Shown: positions 23,921 through 36,390 of the stretch, piece by piece
Layout of the letters: each line of letters opens with the position of its first letter
Numbering within the stretch: the first letter of the stretch is position 1
DNA from: Octopus sinensis
Lineage: Eukaryota
Assembly (NCBI RefSeq): GCF_006345805.1
Contig: NC_043024.1
Span: forward strand, 1,612,001 to 1,676,000
DNA: 64,000 nucleotides
Direction: 5' to 3'
Made by a program: the position numbers and the translations under genes
Notes under the pieces: generated by a model
What the model saw: only the letters and a program-made list of their open reading frames with translations
The model's database searches: none
Told to the model about the DNA's origin: nothing

Positions 23921-24105
23921 TGGTACCAGTGCCAGTGGCACACAAGAATCCATCCGAACGTGGCCGTAGTCAGTACCGCTTGTGGTACCAGTGCCGGTGG
24001 CACACAAAAATCCATCCGAACGTGGCCGTAGTCAGTACCGCTTGTGGTACCAGTGCCGGTGGCACACAAGAATCCATCCGAACGTGGCCGTAGTCAGTAC
24101 CGCAT
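23921..24105 (+). repeat. 62-bp tandem repeat, three copies
   Basis: Unit TGGTACCAGTGCCGGTGGCACACAAGAATCCATCCGAACGTGGCCGTAGTCAGTACCGCTTG starts at 23921, 23983 and 24045. Confidence 0.95.
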
Positions 24106-24248
24106 CACTGGCCATCGTGCTGTGGGCACATAACAAACACCATCCGGTCGTGGCCGTTCGCCAGCTCATCTAGCACCAGTGTCGGTGGCACATAAAAACA
24201 CCTTCCGAAGACCGGCAAGACTAGTCAGGCCATAAACCATGGCCCCTA

Positions 24249-24348
24249 NNNNNNNNNNNNNNNNNNNNNNNNNNNNNNNNNNNNNNNNNNNNNNNNNNNN
24301 NNNNNNNNNNNNNNNNNNNNNNNNNNNNNNNNNNNNNNNNNNNNNNNN
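24249..24348. other. Assembly gap (100 N)
   Basis: Run of N. Confidence 1.
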
Positions 24349-24559
24349 ACATCAGACGTGGGACCAGTTTCGTTTCTTTGTGGATTAATTCCCATTTTGA
24401 TTCATTGAAATTCAGGTTGGATATAGCTTGAGTATTCCTGATACCAGCCGTTAATTACGACCATACATACTAAGTTCTACAATGTTATGGTCTGAGAGTG
24501 CTGTTGGCGTCACATTCACATTATGGATAAGGTCCACATTATTTGTGAAGCAGAGTTCT

Positions 24560-24878
24560 AAGATGTTTACAAAGTAAGAAAACAGCACAGCCCCCATGAC
24601 TTTCGGAAACAATTTTTCATGCTAAGAGTTGCTGAAGCATGGAACAAACTGCCAGCATCAGTTGTTAGTTGTCGGAGCACTGCATCATTCAAAACTTCCA
24701 TGCTTCCTGAGATTCACCAACACTACACCTGATTTTCTCCCCTCCATACACACACAAGCATGTATCTGACTCATACACTGTTCACTTCCCAGACATTTGT
24801 ACATTACTGCATATGCTTTATATGCACTTTTGACAAGTTGTGGTGCACCTGAGCATTGTATACAATAATTCCTGGTTG
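24560..24878 (+). mobile_element. CR1/L2-clade LINE 3' end
   Basis: Translates YKVRKQHSPHDFRKQFFMLRVAEAWNKLPASVVSCRSTASFKTSM, the CR1-type RT C-terminal motif, followed by a 3' UTR. Confidence 0.8.
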
Positions 24879-24879
24879 G

Positions 24880-25087
24880 CATGAAGATCACTTGTTCTAT
24901 GAACAGCGTATTAGAGAGTTCCAGTAATGGCTCTGTGTGCATTCGTTTGTGCAGGGACATCCCTGAGAGGATGTGGCCTTCCGACCATTTGTGAGGTTGA
25001 AGTCGCCCAGAAATATATTGATGTGCTGATCTAGGTTTGCCAATACCTCTTCTATGTGGCTGAAACTATCTTCAAGTTTGCCATCAT
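24880..25087 (-). mobile_element. LINE apurinic-endonuclease domain fragment
   Basis: DSFSHIEEVLANLDQHINIFLGDFNL and LELSNTLFIEQVIFMPTR (GDFN and Q.V..PTR motifs). Confidence 0.8.
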
Positions 25088-25159
25088 ACACACACATACA
25101 AGTGTATACACATATATTTACGCATGCAATTCTGAGAAGCTGTTTAAATATTTCTCCTA

Positions 25160-25549
25160 CTAGCAGAATCACCCGGCGTTGCTCAGGTTTGTTTCGACCC
25201 TTTAGAATTGGAATTTTTGAAAAGTAAAAATTCTGCATTATGTAGCTTGTTATTCTCTTTAAGTGAACATTTTCCCGGTTGAAATACACCAAAAAATGGT
25301 GACACAGCAGTCAAAAAATCGTAAAAAATAAAGATTTTCATAGAAAAAAAGCATCTTTTTGATGTAAATAATTTTTGGTGTTAACATGGTCCAATTTGAA
25401 ATTTTTCTTCTACGGAATGAAGAACAAGCCTTCTTCTATCATACTCTCAATTTTGGTCAACTTGCGCCTCAGGGTCTTGGAAGAAATAGTGTTAGTTGAA
25501 GGCTACCAAACCTGCCACACACAGACAACTTCAGCTTTAAAAATAGAGA
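25160..25549 (-). mobile_element. Non-autonomous Helitron-like element with identifiable empty site
   Basis: 5' TC, subterminal hairpin and 3' CTAG, inserted between A and T with no TSD. The paralogous empty site (ggcttaaA|Tgggag) is at about 30350. Confidence 0.85.
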
Positions 25550-26047
25550 TTTTAGCCGTTTGTTGTAATGTTCTTAATGACACGCTTGTTTGTTAGTTTT
25601 ATTTTCTGTAACCCAATCCATTTTGGCTGTTATCTCTGTGATTTACGAAGACCCGTGTCATGTCAAGTTGCTGACCTTCCTACGATCATATTTCGGTAGT
25701 GGTTAGTTCTGGAATTTTTTTTTTGTGATGTTTTTGTTTTCTGTTTGTGGTTTTTCTTAGAAGTTCACCCGGATCTTTGGATCTTTATGAAAGCAAAAAG
25801 AAAGTGAATAACGATGTAGTTATCAATTAACTTATGTACGCATACTTATATACACATACATACATAATTAAATACACATACATATTTACACACATACATA
25901 CATATCTTTTATATTTTACCTCAAGACATTTTTTAAAGCCTACACTTACTCTATCGGTCTCTTTTGCTGAACCGCTAAGTTATGGGGATCTACACACATC
26001 AACACTGGTTGTCAAGCGATCGTAGGGACAAACACAGAAACAAAGAT

Positions 26048-26087
<40 letters not shown>

Positions 26088-26465
26088 TATATATATACAT
26101 ACACATGATGGGCTTCTTTCAGTTTTCTGTCAACCAAATCCACTCTCAACGCTTTGGTCAGCCCAAGGCTACAGTAGAAGACATTTGCTCAAGGTCCCAT
26201 GCTGTGGGACTGAACACGCGACCAAGTGGTTGGGAAGCAAGCTTCTTACCACACAGCCACACCTGCACCAATATATATATATATATATATACATATGCAC
26301 ATACATACAATGTGTGGCTGTGTGGTAAGAAGTTTGCTCCCTAACCACATGGTCCCAGGTTCAGTCCCACTACATGGCACCTTCGGCAAGTGTCTTCTAC
26401 TGTAGCCTTGGGCTGACCAAAGCCTTGTGAGTGGATTTGGTAAGCGGAAACTAAAAGAAGCCCAT

Positions 26466-26622
<157 letters not shown>

Positions 26623-27206
26623 GTGGTAAGTAGCTATGTGGCTATGTGGTAAGTAGCTTGCAACAAACCACATGGTTCTGGGTTCAGTCCCACTGCGTGG
26701 CATCTTGGGCAAGTGTCTTCTGCTATAGCAAGTTTCTTCTGCTATAGCCCCGGGCCGACCAATGCCTTGTGAGTGGATTTGGTAGATGGAAACTGAAAGA
26801 AGCCTGTCGTATATATATGTATGTGTTCGTGTGTCTGTGTTTGTTCCCCTAGCATTGCTTGACAACCGATGTTGGTGTGTTTACGTCCCCGTCACTTAGC
26901 AGTTCGGCAAAAAGAGACCGATAGAATAAGTACTGGGCTTACAAAGAATAAGTCCCGGGGTCGATTTGCTCGACTAAAGGCAGTGCTCCAGCATGGCTGC
27001 AGTCAAATGACTGAAACAAGTAAAAGAGTATATATGTATATATTATAAAGGAGGAGGCCAGTTTATGGGATTACCCTGGGTTTCCTGTCCATAAGGGGTT
27101 TGGCCTTATAGCGTATTGTCAGACCCCAAACCCGTTGGCCTAAGACCTCTTCAAAATATGGAAGTCTTTGGCCAACAGGTTTGGGGTCTGATGATTCACC
27201 GTAAGG

Positions 27207-27430
27207 CTCTTCTACATCACGATTCTCTCTCACACACTGTCTTGCAACACAAAATACCTCAAGTCTTTGGTCCTCACGGCGCAGAACATTGGCAAATTTT
27301 TTCTTATCTGCTTCCCCTCTGGCTAAATAAACCTGTCTCCTAGCTTCCCTTCTGGCAGTCTGATACAATTCCCTGCTACCTCCGCTCTTTCAGTCCTTCC
27401 AAGCCTGTTTCATTTCTCTAATAGCCCTGT
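27207..27430 (-). mobile_element. RTE-clade LINE ORF2 fragment
   Basis: ELYQTARREARRQVYLARGEADKKKFANVLRREDQRLEVFCVARQCVRENRDV resembles the EN-RT linker of RTE-type LINEs. Confidence 0.65.
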
Positions 27431-28959
27431 CAACAACATTAAGTACCAGGGTCAATCCATTCAACTAAGAATTCTTGAGGGCAGTGTGTGCTCCAGCCTA
27501 GCCACAGTCCAATGACTGGAACATGTAAATGATAAATGATAAAAGATAACAAACACTAAAATAAATAAATTAAATGATAATTAATCAAAATTTATCAAAC
27601 TTATATTTACTTAAGATTACAACTTTGAGACCTTGAATTAAAAATAACCCAAGATAAGACTCAAGACAGATATTGAGTGAGTCATTGCAACTGGCCAAAT
27701 CCGGCTTTAATATCCTACCTGTTTCATGTTCAAACTGGCTAGATCTGGCTTCTTACACCTATCCTACAATGTCATTCTAAAAGTAAACGATAATATCATT
27801 GAGACACCAAAGCCATGAGATAATCCATGATTAATTCAAAACCCTGAGATAATCCATGATTACTCTTTTACTTGTTTCAGTCATTTGACTGTGGCCATGC
27901 TGGAGCACTTCCTTTTAGTCAAGCAAATCAACCCCAGGACTTATTCTTTGTAAGCCTAGTACTTATTCTATCAGTCCCTTTTAGCCGAACCGCTAAGTTA
28001 TGGGGACGTAAACACACCCGCATCGGTTGTCAAGCGATGTTGGGAGGGACAAGCACAGACACATGAACATATACACACATACACACATATATATATATAC
28101 ATATATACGACAGGCTTCTTTCAGTTTCTGTCTACCAAATCCATTCACAAGGCTTTGGTCGGCCCGAAGCTATAGTAGAAGACACTTGCCCAAGGTGCCA
28201 TGCAGTGGGACTGAACCTGGAACCATGTGGTTGGTAAGCAAGCTATTTACCACACAGCCACCCCTGCGTCTATTTATTCAAAACCATGAGATAATCCATG
28301 ATTAATTCAAAACCATGAAATAATCCATGATTAATTCAAAGCAATGTGACTAAAAAAGTATTTCGTTTGACAGAGCAATTAGGATGTTGAAGAGTTAAAA
28401 GGCTGTGAGACGCCAACAGTTTATTGACCTTTTTGGGGGTAAAAATGAAAGGAGCCATTTCATATGAGTAACAGCAAAATTTTATTTTCGTCAGCAATAT
28501 ATCCTGGCTTTTTCTAGGAAAGTTCTTCAAAGGTCTTGTGATGGGAAAGTCCTTAAAATGAAGAGACGCAAAAGAAAAACTATAGAAATTTTTTTTTTCC
28601 TATATCCTGCTTCTAATGTTACTCATCAGGGTCGTTTGGTATCAGTTGTTGCCCTCGTTAACATTGTCATTGCCAACCTTTTTAATAATGTGATTTTGAT
28701 GACTTTCCCATCATCATCATCATCATCATCGTCATCAGCAGCCGTAGCATCGTCGTCGTTGTTGTCAGCATCATATTCATCACCTTATAACTTTCACTTG
28801 TACAAGCTCCCATGGGTTGGACAGACTTAATGGGTTAAGGGTACATGTGTCTGTGGAGCGCTCAGCCACTTGCACATTAATTTCACGACCAGGCTGTTCC
28901 ATTGATTGTATCAGCCGGAACCCTCGACGTCGTAACCAACAGAGTGCCACATGCATATA

Positions 28960-28968
28960 TATGGTATT

Positions 28969-29018
<50 letters not shown>

Positions 29019-29090
29019 TATTAATATATATATATATATGTATATATAATATAATATATATATATATGTTATATATATATATATATATTA

Positions 29091-29131
<41 letters not shown>

Positions 29132-29309
29132 TATATATTATATAATGTATATATATATATATAATATATAATAATATATATAATATATATATATATGTAT
29201 ATATGTATATATATATACACACATATATATATATTATATATATGTATATATGGATATATATATACACACATATATATATATATATATATATTATATATGT
29301 ATTATATAT

Positions 29310-29349
<40 letters not shown>

Positions 29350-29360
29350 TATATATATCT

Positions 29361-29392
<32 letters not shown>

Positions 29393-29524
29393 TATATATG
29401 TATATATATATATACACACACACCTATATATATATATATATATATATATATAATGTATATATATATATACACACACACATATATATATATATATATTATA
29501 TATATAATATATATATATATACAC

Positions 29525-29570
<46 letters not shown>

Positions 29571-29635
29571 ATATATACCACACACACATATAATAATATA
29601 TCATATATATATATATATATAATATATATATATAT

Positions 29636-29685
<50 letters not shown>

Positions 29686-30050
29686 ATGTTAATAAAATAG
29701 AACATATGCATATATATAAACATATATGTACGTACCTACCTCTACATGTACATATATATGTATATATATATACACATATATATTATATATATGTGTATAT
29801 ATATACATGTGTGTATATATATACACATATATATGTATATATATGTGTATATATATACATGTGTGTATATATATGTCTATGTGTGTATATATATATGTGT
29901 GTATATATATATGTGTGTATATATATGTATATATATATATGTGTGTGTGTATATATATATGTATATATATGTGTATATATATATATATGTGTGTGTGTAT
30001 ATATATATATCTATATATAAAATATATATATATCTTTATATACGTGTATG
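28960..30050. repeat. Compound (TA)n/(CA)n/(TG)n microsatellite field; similar tracts at 8300-8380, 23580-23740, 26470-26620, 30855-31265
   Basis: Direct inspection. These tracts produce the YI/IY-repeat ORFs in the track. Confidence 0.97.
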
Positions 30051-30875
30051 CGTACATAAGTTAATTGATAACTACATCGTTATTCACTTTCTTTTTGCTT
30101 TCATAAAGATCCGTAAAGATCCGGGTGAACTTCTAAGAAAAACCACAAACAGAAAACACAAGAACATCACAAAAAAAAAAAATTCCAGAACTAACCACTA
30201 CCGAAATATGATCGTAGGAAGGTCAGCAACTTGACATGACACGGGTCTTCGTAGATCACAGAGATAACAGCCAAAATGGATTGGGTTACACCAAAAATAC
30301 AAACAAACAAGCGTGTCATTAAGAACATTACAACAAACGGCTTAATGGCTTAAATGGGAGAAATGTTTAAACGGCTTCTCAGAATTGCAGGCGTAAATAT
30401 ATGAGTATACACTTGTGTGTGTGTGTGTTTTTGTGTATAAGTATATATGTGGGTGTGTATAAGTATACTCTTTTACTTGTTTCAGTCATTTGACTGCGGC
30501 CATGCTGGAGCACCGCCTATAATCGAGCAACTTGACCCCGGGAATTATTCTTTTGTAAGCCCAGTACTTATTCTATCGGTCTCTTTTGCCGAACCGCTAA
30601 GTGATGGGGACATAAACACACCAGTGTCGGTTGTCAAGCAATGCTAGGGGGACAGATACAGACACACACACACATATATATATATACATATATACGACGG
30701 GCTTCTTTCAGTTTCCGTCTACCAAATCCACTCACAAGGCATTGGTCGGCCCGGGCTATACAGAAGACACTTGCCCAAGATGCCACGCAGTGGGACTGAA
30801 CCCGGAAACATGTGGTTGGTTAGCAAGCTACTTACCACACAGCCACTCCTGCGCCTATATATATATATATATATA

Positions 30876-30917
<42 letters not shown>

Positions 30918-30987
30918 TAGATATATATATATATTTATATATATATATACTATATATAATATATAATATTATATATATATATATATG

Positions 30988-31070
<83 letters not shown>

Positions 31071-31097
31071 TACATATATATATACATATATATATAC

Positions 31098-31132
<35 letters not shown>

Positions 31133-31215
31133 CATATATATCTATATTATATATATATACATATATATACATATATATTACATATATATATACATACATA
31201 TGTATATATATTATA

Positions 31216-31253
<38 letters not shown>

Positions 31254-31414
31254 GATATATATATATTGCCTGGGGTACACCTCATTTTTGCCAGCTGAGT
31301 GAACTGGAGCAACATAAAAATAAAGTGTCTTGCTCAAGGAAACAACACCGCTGGGAATTGAACTCACAACCTTACGATTGTGAGCTGAATGCCCTCACCA
31401 CTAAGTCACATACC

Positions 31415-32110
31415 TTCACCACTCCTTCCATATAATTTGCAAGACTTCCTCAAATGCAATTCTTTTAAGTGCTGACAATTTCATGACAGTCTTTCTCGAT
31501 GATTTTCCTGTTTCACATCCATTCCACCCAATGTAATTACCGTTATTTGCTTGAATTAACCTTAATTTATCATTCATTGCAATATTCTTGCTACTCCAGA
31601 CCTTAATTAAGTTTGTTAATTGCACTGTTGCTCTTGCAATTCACCTCGTTATCTCAGTTTGTCATGTTAGATTTTGGTAAGTCACTGGACCCAGGTATGT
31701 GAATACGTCCCCTGATTTCAGCCGAATGTTTTCAATTTGGATTATATCTCTGTCGGTTTTCAGCACCATTATTTGTTTGTTTGTTTGTTCAATGTGTAGT
31801 TTTTCTGTCACTGTGACCTGGCTTCTTTACCTGTTGCATTCCATACCAAATTTACCTGAAGCATTAATATCAAGCAATTCACCTTTAGAACTGATTAACA
31901 AATCAGCATCACCTGTCGTCTTATATTGGTGATCCCTTTTCCACCAATCTTTGCTCTGTCTTCAGAATCCTTAAGGACTTCTATTGTGATTTGTTCAAGA
32001 AATGAATTGAAAAGTCTGGGTGATAACGGGCAACCCTGTCTAACTCCTTTGCCTGTTTCAAATTATTGCATTGTTTCAATGTTATTCATTATGTTTTTAT
32101 GTTTCTTAAC
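31415..32110 (-). mobile_element. Decayed RTE-clade reverse transcriptase fragment
   Basis: GKGVRQGCPLSPRLFNSFLE, a degenerate YADD region (GDADL), FTYLG, and LIKVWSSKNI...YGCET-like motifs, with stops. Confidence 0.85.
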
Positions 32111-32350
32111 TCCTCCTTGACCATTGGTGCAAGGACAACGAGACTCAAGCCAGCAACTCCCTTAATCCCAGGGATTTTCCTAAATGGGTCTATTTTTGTA
32201 AGGGTTGTAGGTGTTAGGGAGGGTGTCCAGCCATAAAAAAAACCATGCTAAAACAGACACTGAAACCTGGTAAAGTCTTCTGTTGAGCCAGCTCCTGTCA
32301 AACCATCCAACCCATCCAGTGTAGGAAGAAGACGTTAAATGATGAGGATA

Positions 32351-32389
<39 letters not shown>

Positions 32390-33104
32390 TATATATATAT
32401 CAAGGTAGGGAGTCTCTGAAAGGGGTCTCAGGGAGTAGCGTCCCTGCCTTCCTGAGCTAGTTTTCCACCACATTTCTTAAAAATCATGGTAGACTTAAAA
32501 ATCCTGCCTAGAAACTGATGCTGGGGATAAGCAAGGGCATGCTCCCTGAAGAAAATCCAGCTCTGAAAAAGCCTCATGCTTTGAGGTAGATCCGTCCCTT
32601 ACCCCCACCCCTTTAACAGGGACAAAACCTGGATTTAAAACTGGATGGTGATGATGAAGATGATATATATGTATGAATGTGTGTATGTATGTATATGTGT
32701 ATGTATATGTATTCCCACGTAGGAGGACAGTAATTCCAGATAAGAATTGACAAAGAGTGTAGAAGACTTTTGTAAAGGTTGATGCTTGCCATTTCCCATT
32801 TAAAAGCACTGAGTGGCACTCGGTCGGTTATGACGACGAGGGTTTCAGCTGATCCGATAAACGGAACAGCCTGCTCGTGAAATTAACGTGCAAGTGGCTG
32901 AGCACTCCACAGACACTTGTGTACCCTTAACGTAGTTCTCAGTGGGATTCAGCGTGACACAGAGAGTGACAAGGCCGGCCCCTTTGAAATACAGGTACAA
33001 CAGAAACAGGAAGAATGAGTGAGAGAAAGTTGTGGTGAAAGGGTACAGCAGGGTTCACCTCCACCCCCATGCTGGAGCCTCGTGGGGCTTTAGGTGTTTT
33101 TGCT

Positions 33105-33275
33105 GAATATATTTCTTTATTAGCCATACAGGGCTGCACACAGACGGGACAGATTACAAAGTAGAGCTTTTCTTTGTGGGGAGAAAAAAAAAGGGGATCG
33201 TAAAAGGGAAAGAAAAAAACGATCAATAGGGATCGTGTATCATAGAAATGTCATGATGTAAAGTGTAAAGGGGAA
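33105..33275 (-). mobile_element. LINE (L1/Tx1-like) 3' tail inserted into a SINE
   Basis: Ends CCCGTCTGTGTGCAGCCCTGTATGGCTAATAAAGAAATA on the minus strand and interrupts the family-B SINE at 32812-33350. Confidence 0.45.
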
Positions 33276-33684
33276 CGCCTGGTCTGGGTATCGAAACCGC
33301 GATCCTACGACCACAAGTCTGCTGCCCTAACCACTGGGCCATGTGTCTTCACCAAAAAGCACTGAGTAAGACAAATACTTCAGAAGGCTTGGCAGAGAGA
33401 AGTTACAGTTAGTCTTTTAACAGCTACGCATTTTCCCCACCATGTATAGATATAATTTACATAACAAAGTGTGGTAATCTAATTTTAAATGTATTAATTT
33501 ACAATTATAAATGTTGTTCGTTTATTCACAAATGGTTCAATTACACCCACAGCTCTTGTCTCCATTTGCTCTCAATGCCATTTGCTCTCAGCTACCCATC
33601 CCTCCTCATGTCAATTATAATATCTACAATTTTGGCAACTGGGACTGAAGTTGAACTGCATATGTATACACACACACACATATA

Positions 33685-33729
<45 letters not shown>

Positions 33730-36184
33730 TCATCATCATTGTTTAACATCCGCTTTCCATGCTGGCATGGGTTGGACGGTTCGACCGGGTTCTGGGAAAC
33801 CAGATGGCTGCACCAGGCTCCAATCTTGATCTGGCAGAGTTTCTACAGCTGGATGCCCTTCCGAATGCCAACCACTCCAAGAGTGTAGTGGGTGCTTTTT
33901 ACGTGCCACCGGCACAGGTGCCAGGCGAGACTGGCAATGGCCATGATCGGTTGGTGCTTTTTACATGCCACTATATATATACACAAAATTTTGAGGACAG
34001 ACCACTAAAGTGGACAGCCTGTATGCTAGATATAGACGTCAAAATCGCCATTTTCCATGAAGAATGTGTTCTCAAGAAAAAATTCAGCAAAAAACCAAAT
34101 TTCTAGCATACAGGCTGTCCACTTTTAGTGGTCAGTCCTCAAAATTTTGTATGAAAAATCTTTTAATCTTCGGATTTTTTAAAAAGATGCTAGACCACTG
34201 GTTTTAATTGATTAATATCAATTTCTACCCTTATTTAATCACATATATATATATATGTGTGTGTGTGTGTGTATATTTATATATACACACAACACACACA
34301 CATGAGTGGGTACTGAAAAGTTCCTGGCTTTGGGGGTATTGCAAAAGGCCTGGTTGGAGGGCGAACCTTCCGAATTCTTTTACAGGGTTGTTGTTGTTGT
34401 TATTCAGGTCACTGCCTGGAATCGAATTCAGAATCTTGGGGTTAGTAACCCCATGCTCTTAACCACTGTTTAGGAATGACGATGGCCGATGGCCGCAAGG
34501 GCGATAGCATCTATGACAATAAGACAGTGATGACGATGATGATGATGATGACAACAATGATGATAATAATGACAAGGACACCAACAATACCGCCACCACC
34601 ACCACCACCACCACCACCACCACCACCATTACCACTGATGTCAGCAATTATGCCAACCACGACCAGGTAAAATAGGTAAGAATCTGCTTATTTGTAAAGT
34701 AATATTTCACATTATCCGTGAGAAATAGTTGAAGTGTTTACTCAGGGTACCTACATAGGGGTGTTATTGAGACAAAATATGTTTAGCAATGTGCTTTTGG
34801 GATTGGGTGGCGTGATGAGAAATAGGTCAGACGGAATATTGTAAAAAGATAAATACAGACATTTATTTAATAGCAAATGTATATATTGTGGGCTTCAATA
34901 AGAGGCCATTGTTTGATTATACATACATGCATACATACATACATACAATTATATATATATATATATACTGTTGACACTCAGTCGGTTACAACAACAGGTT
35001 TCAGCTGATGCGATCAATGGAACAGCCTGCTCGTGAAATTAACGTGTAAGTGGCTGAGCACTCCACAGACACATGTACTCTTAACGTACTTCACAGGGAT
35101 ATTCAGCGTGACACAGAGAGTGACAAGGCCGGCCCCTTGAAATACAGGTACAACAGAAACAGGAAGAAAAAGAAAAAGAGAAAGTTATGGTGAAAGAGTA
35201 CAGTAGGGTTCGCCACCCCCACCCCCCTGCCGGAGCCTTGTGGAGCTTTTGATGTTTTCGCTCAATAAATACTCACAGCACCCACTAAACTCTCGGAGTG
35301 GTTGGCATTAGGAAGGGCATCCAGCTGTAGAAACACTGCCAGATCAGACTGGAGCCTGGTGCAGCCTCCTGGCTTCCCAGACCCTGGTGGAAGCGTCCAA
35401 CCCGTGCTAGCATTGAAAGTGGACGTTAAACGATGATGATGATGATGAATGCCTGGCCTGGGAATGGAAACCGCAATCCTACGACCGCGTGTACGCTGCC
35501 CTAACCACTGGGCCATTGCACTTCCTCACACACACACACACACACACGCACCCACACACATGCACGCACATACACATGCGTGCACACACACACACACACA
35601 TATATTTATTAGTTCGACAGTGTGCGCCTGTTGATACGATGGAGGGAGTGAGCTGCCGTGCAACATAAGCATTCGATCCCTTTATAAACCAATCATTTGT
35701 GAAGGTCGTTTGGCTGGAAGTTGACCACTCATACAGACAAATGGACAGATATTATAATGATTGTGGTCAGGCAGCTGGTCAGCCTCAAGCCTGGACACAG
35801 CTTGGACAGATAACACACAGAGCAGGTGGTACTCGACTGATAAGGTTTATTAATCAACACATGCCATGTAATTTGTCCCGTTTTAAATTGGATAGAAAAT
35901 ATGATAAGATGACCACCACCATGCAAATCCAATACATAGCAACAAAACATGCTAATTATGCACTTATATACACCCACTAACGTATACATGCATGTAATGG
36001 ATACATGCATATATACATACATGCATGTATACATATATAGATAGAGATAGATAGATAGATAGATACATACATACATACACACATACATACATACATGCAC
36101 ATACATACATACATACATACATACATACACACACATACACACACACACATACATACATACACACATACATACATACATACATAA

Positions 36185-36390
36185 TCTTCAGAAATTAAGC
36201 TTCTCAAACCAGAAAGGAGAAAACTAATTCGAAGACTACAGATCCAGTCCATCGCTGGAACTGTAAAAATCTGTAAAACTTTCCTGAAGTTTATCATCGA
36301 AATATATATGAGCATGTCTAGATATGTAGCTATATGCATGAGAATACATACATAAAGCAAAACATTCAAATCTGCACATATACATACATA
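36185..36390 (+). mobile_element. 3' end of a REL-endonuclease (R4/Dong-like) LINE ORF
   Basis: LQKLSFSNQK...LIRRLQIQSIAGTVKICKTFLKFII-type C-terminus. Confidence 0.5.

Noticed and set aside
23921-24105. CRISPR-like regular repeat
   Set aside because: The units are fully tandem with no unique spacers, there are no cas genes, and the context is eukaryotic.
28975-31435. Many YI/IY/VC/HT-repeat ORFs
   Set aside because: Translations of (TA)n/(CA)n/(TG)n microsatellites.
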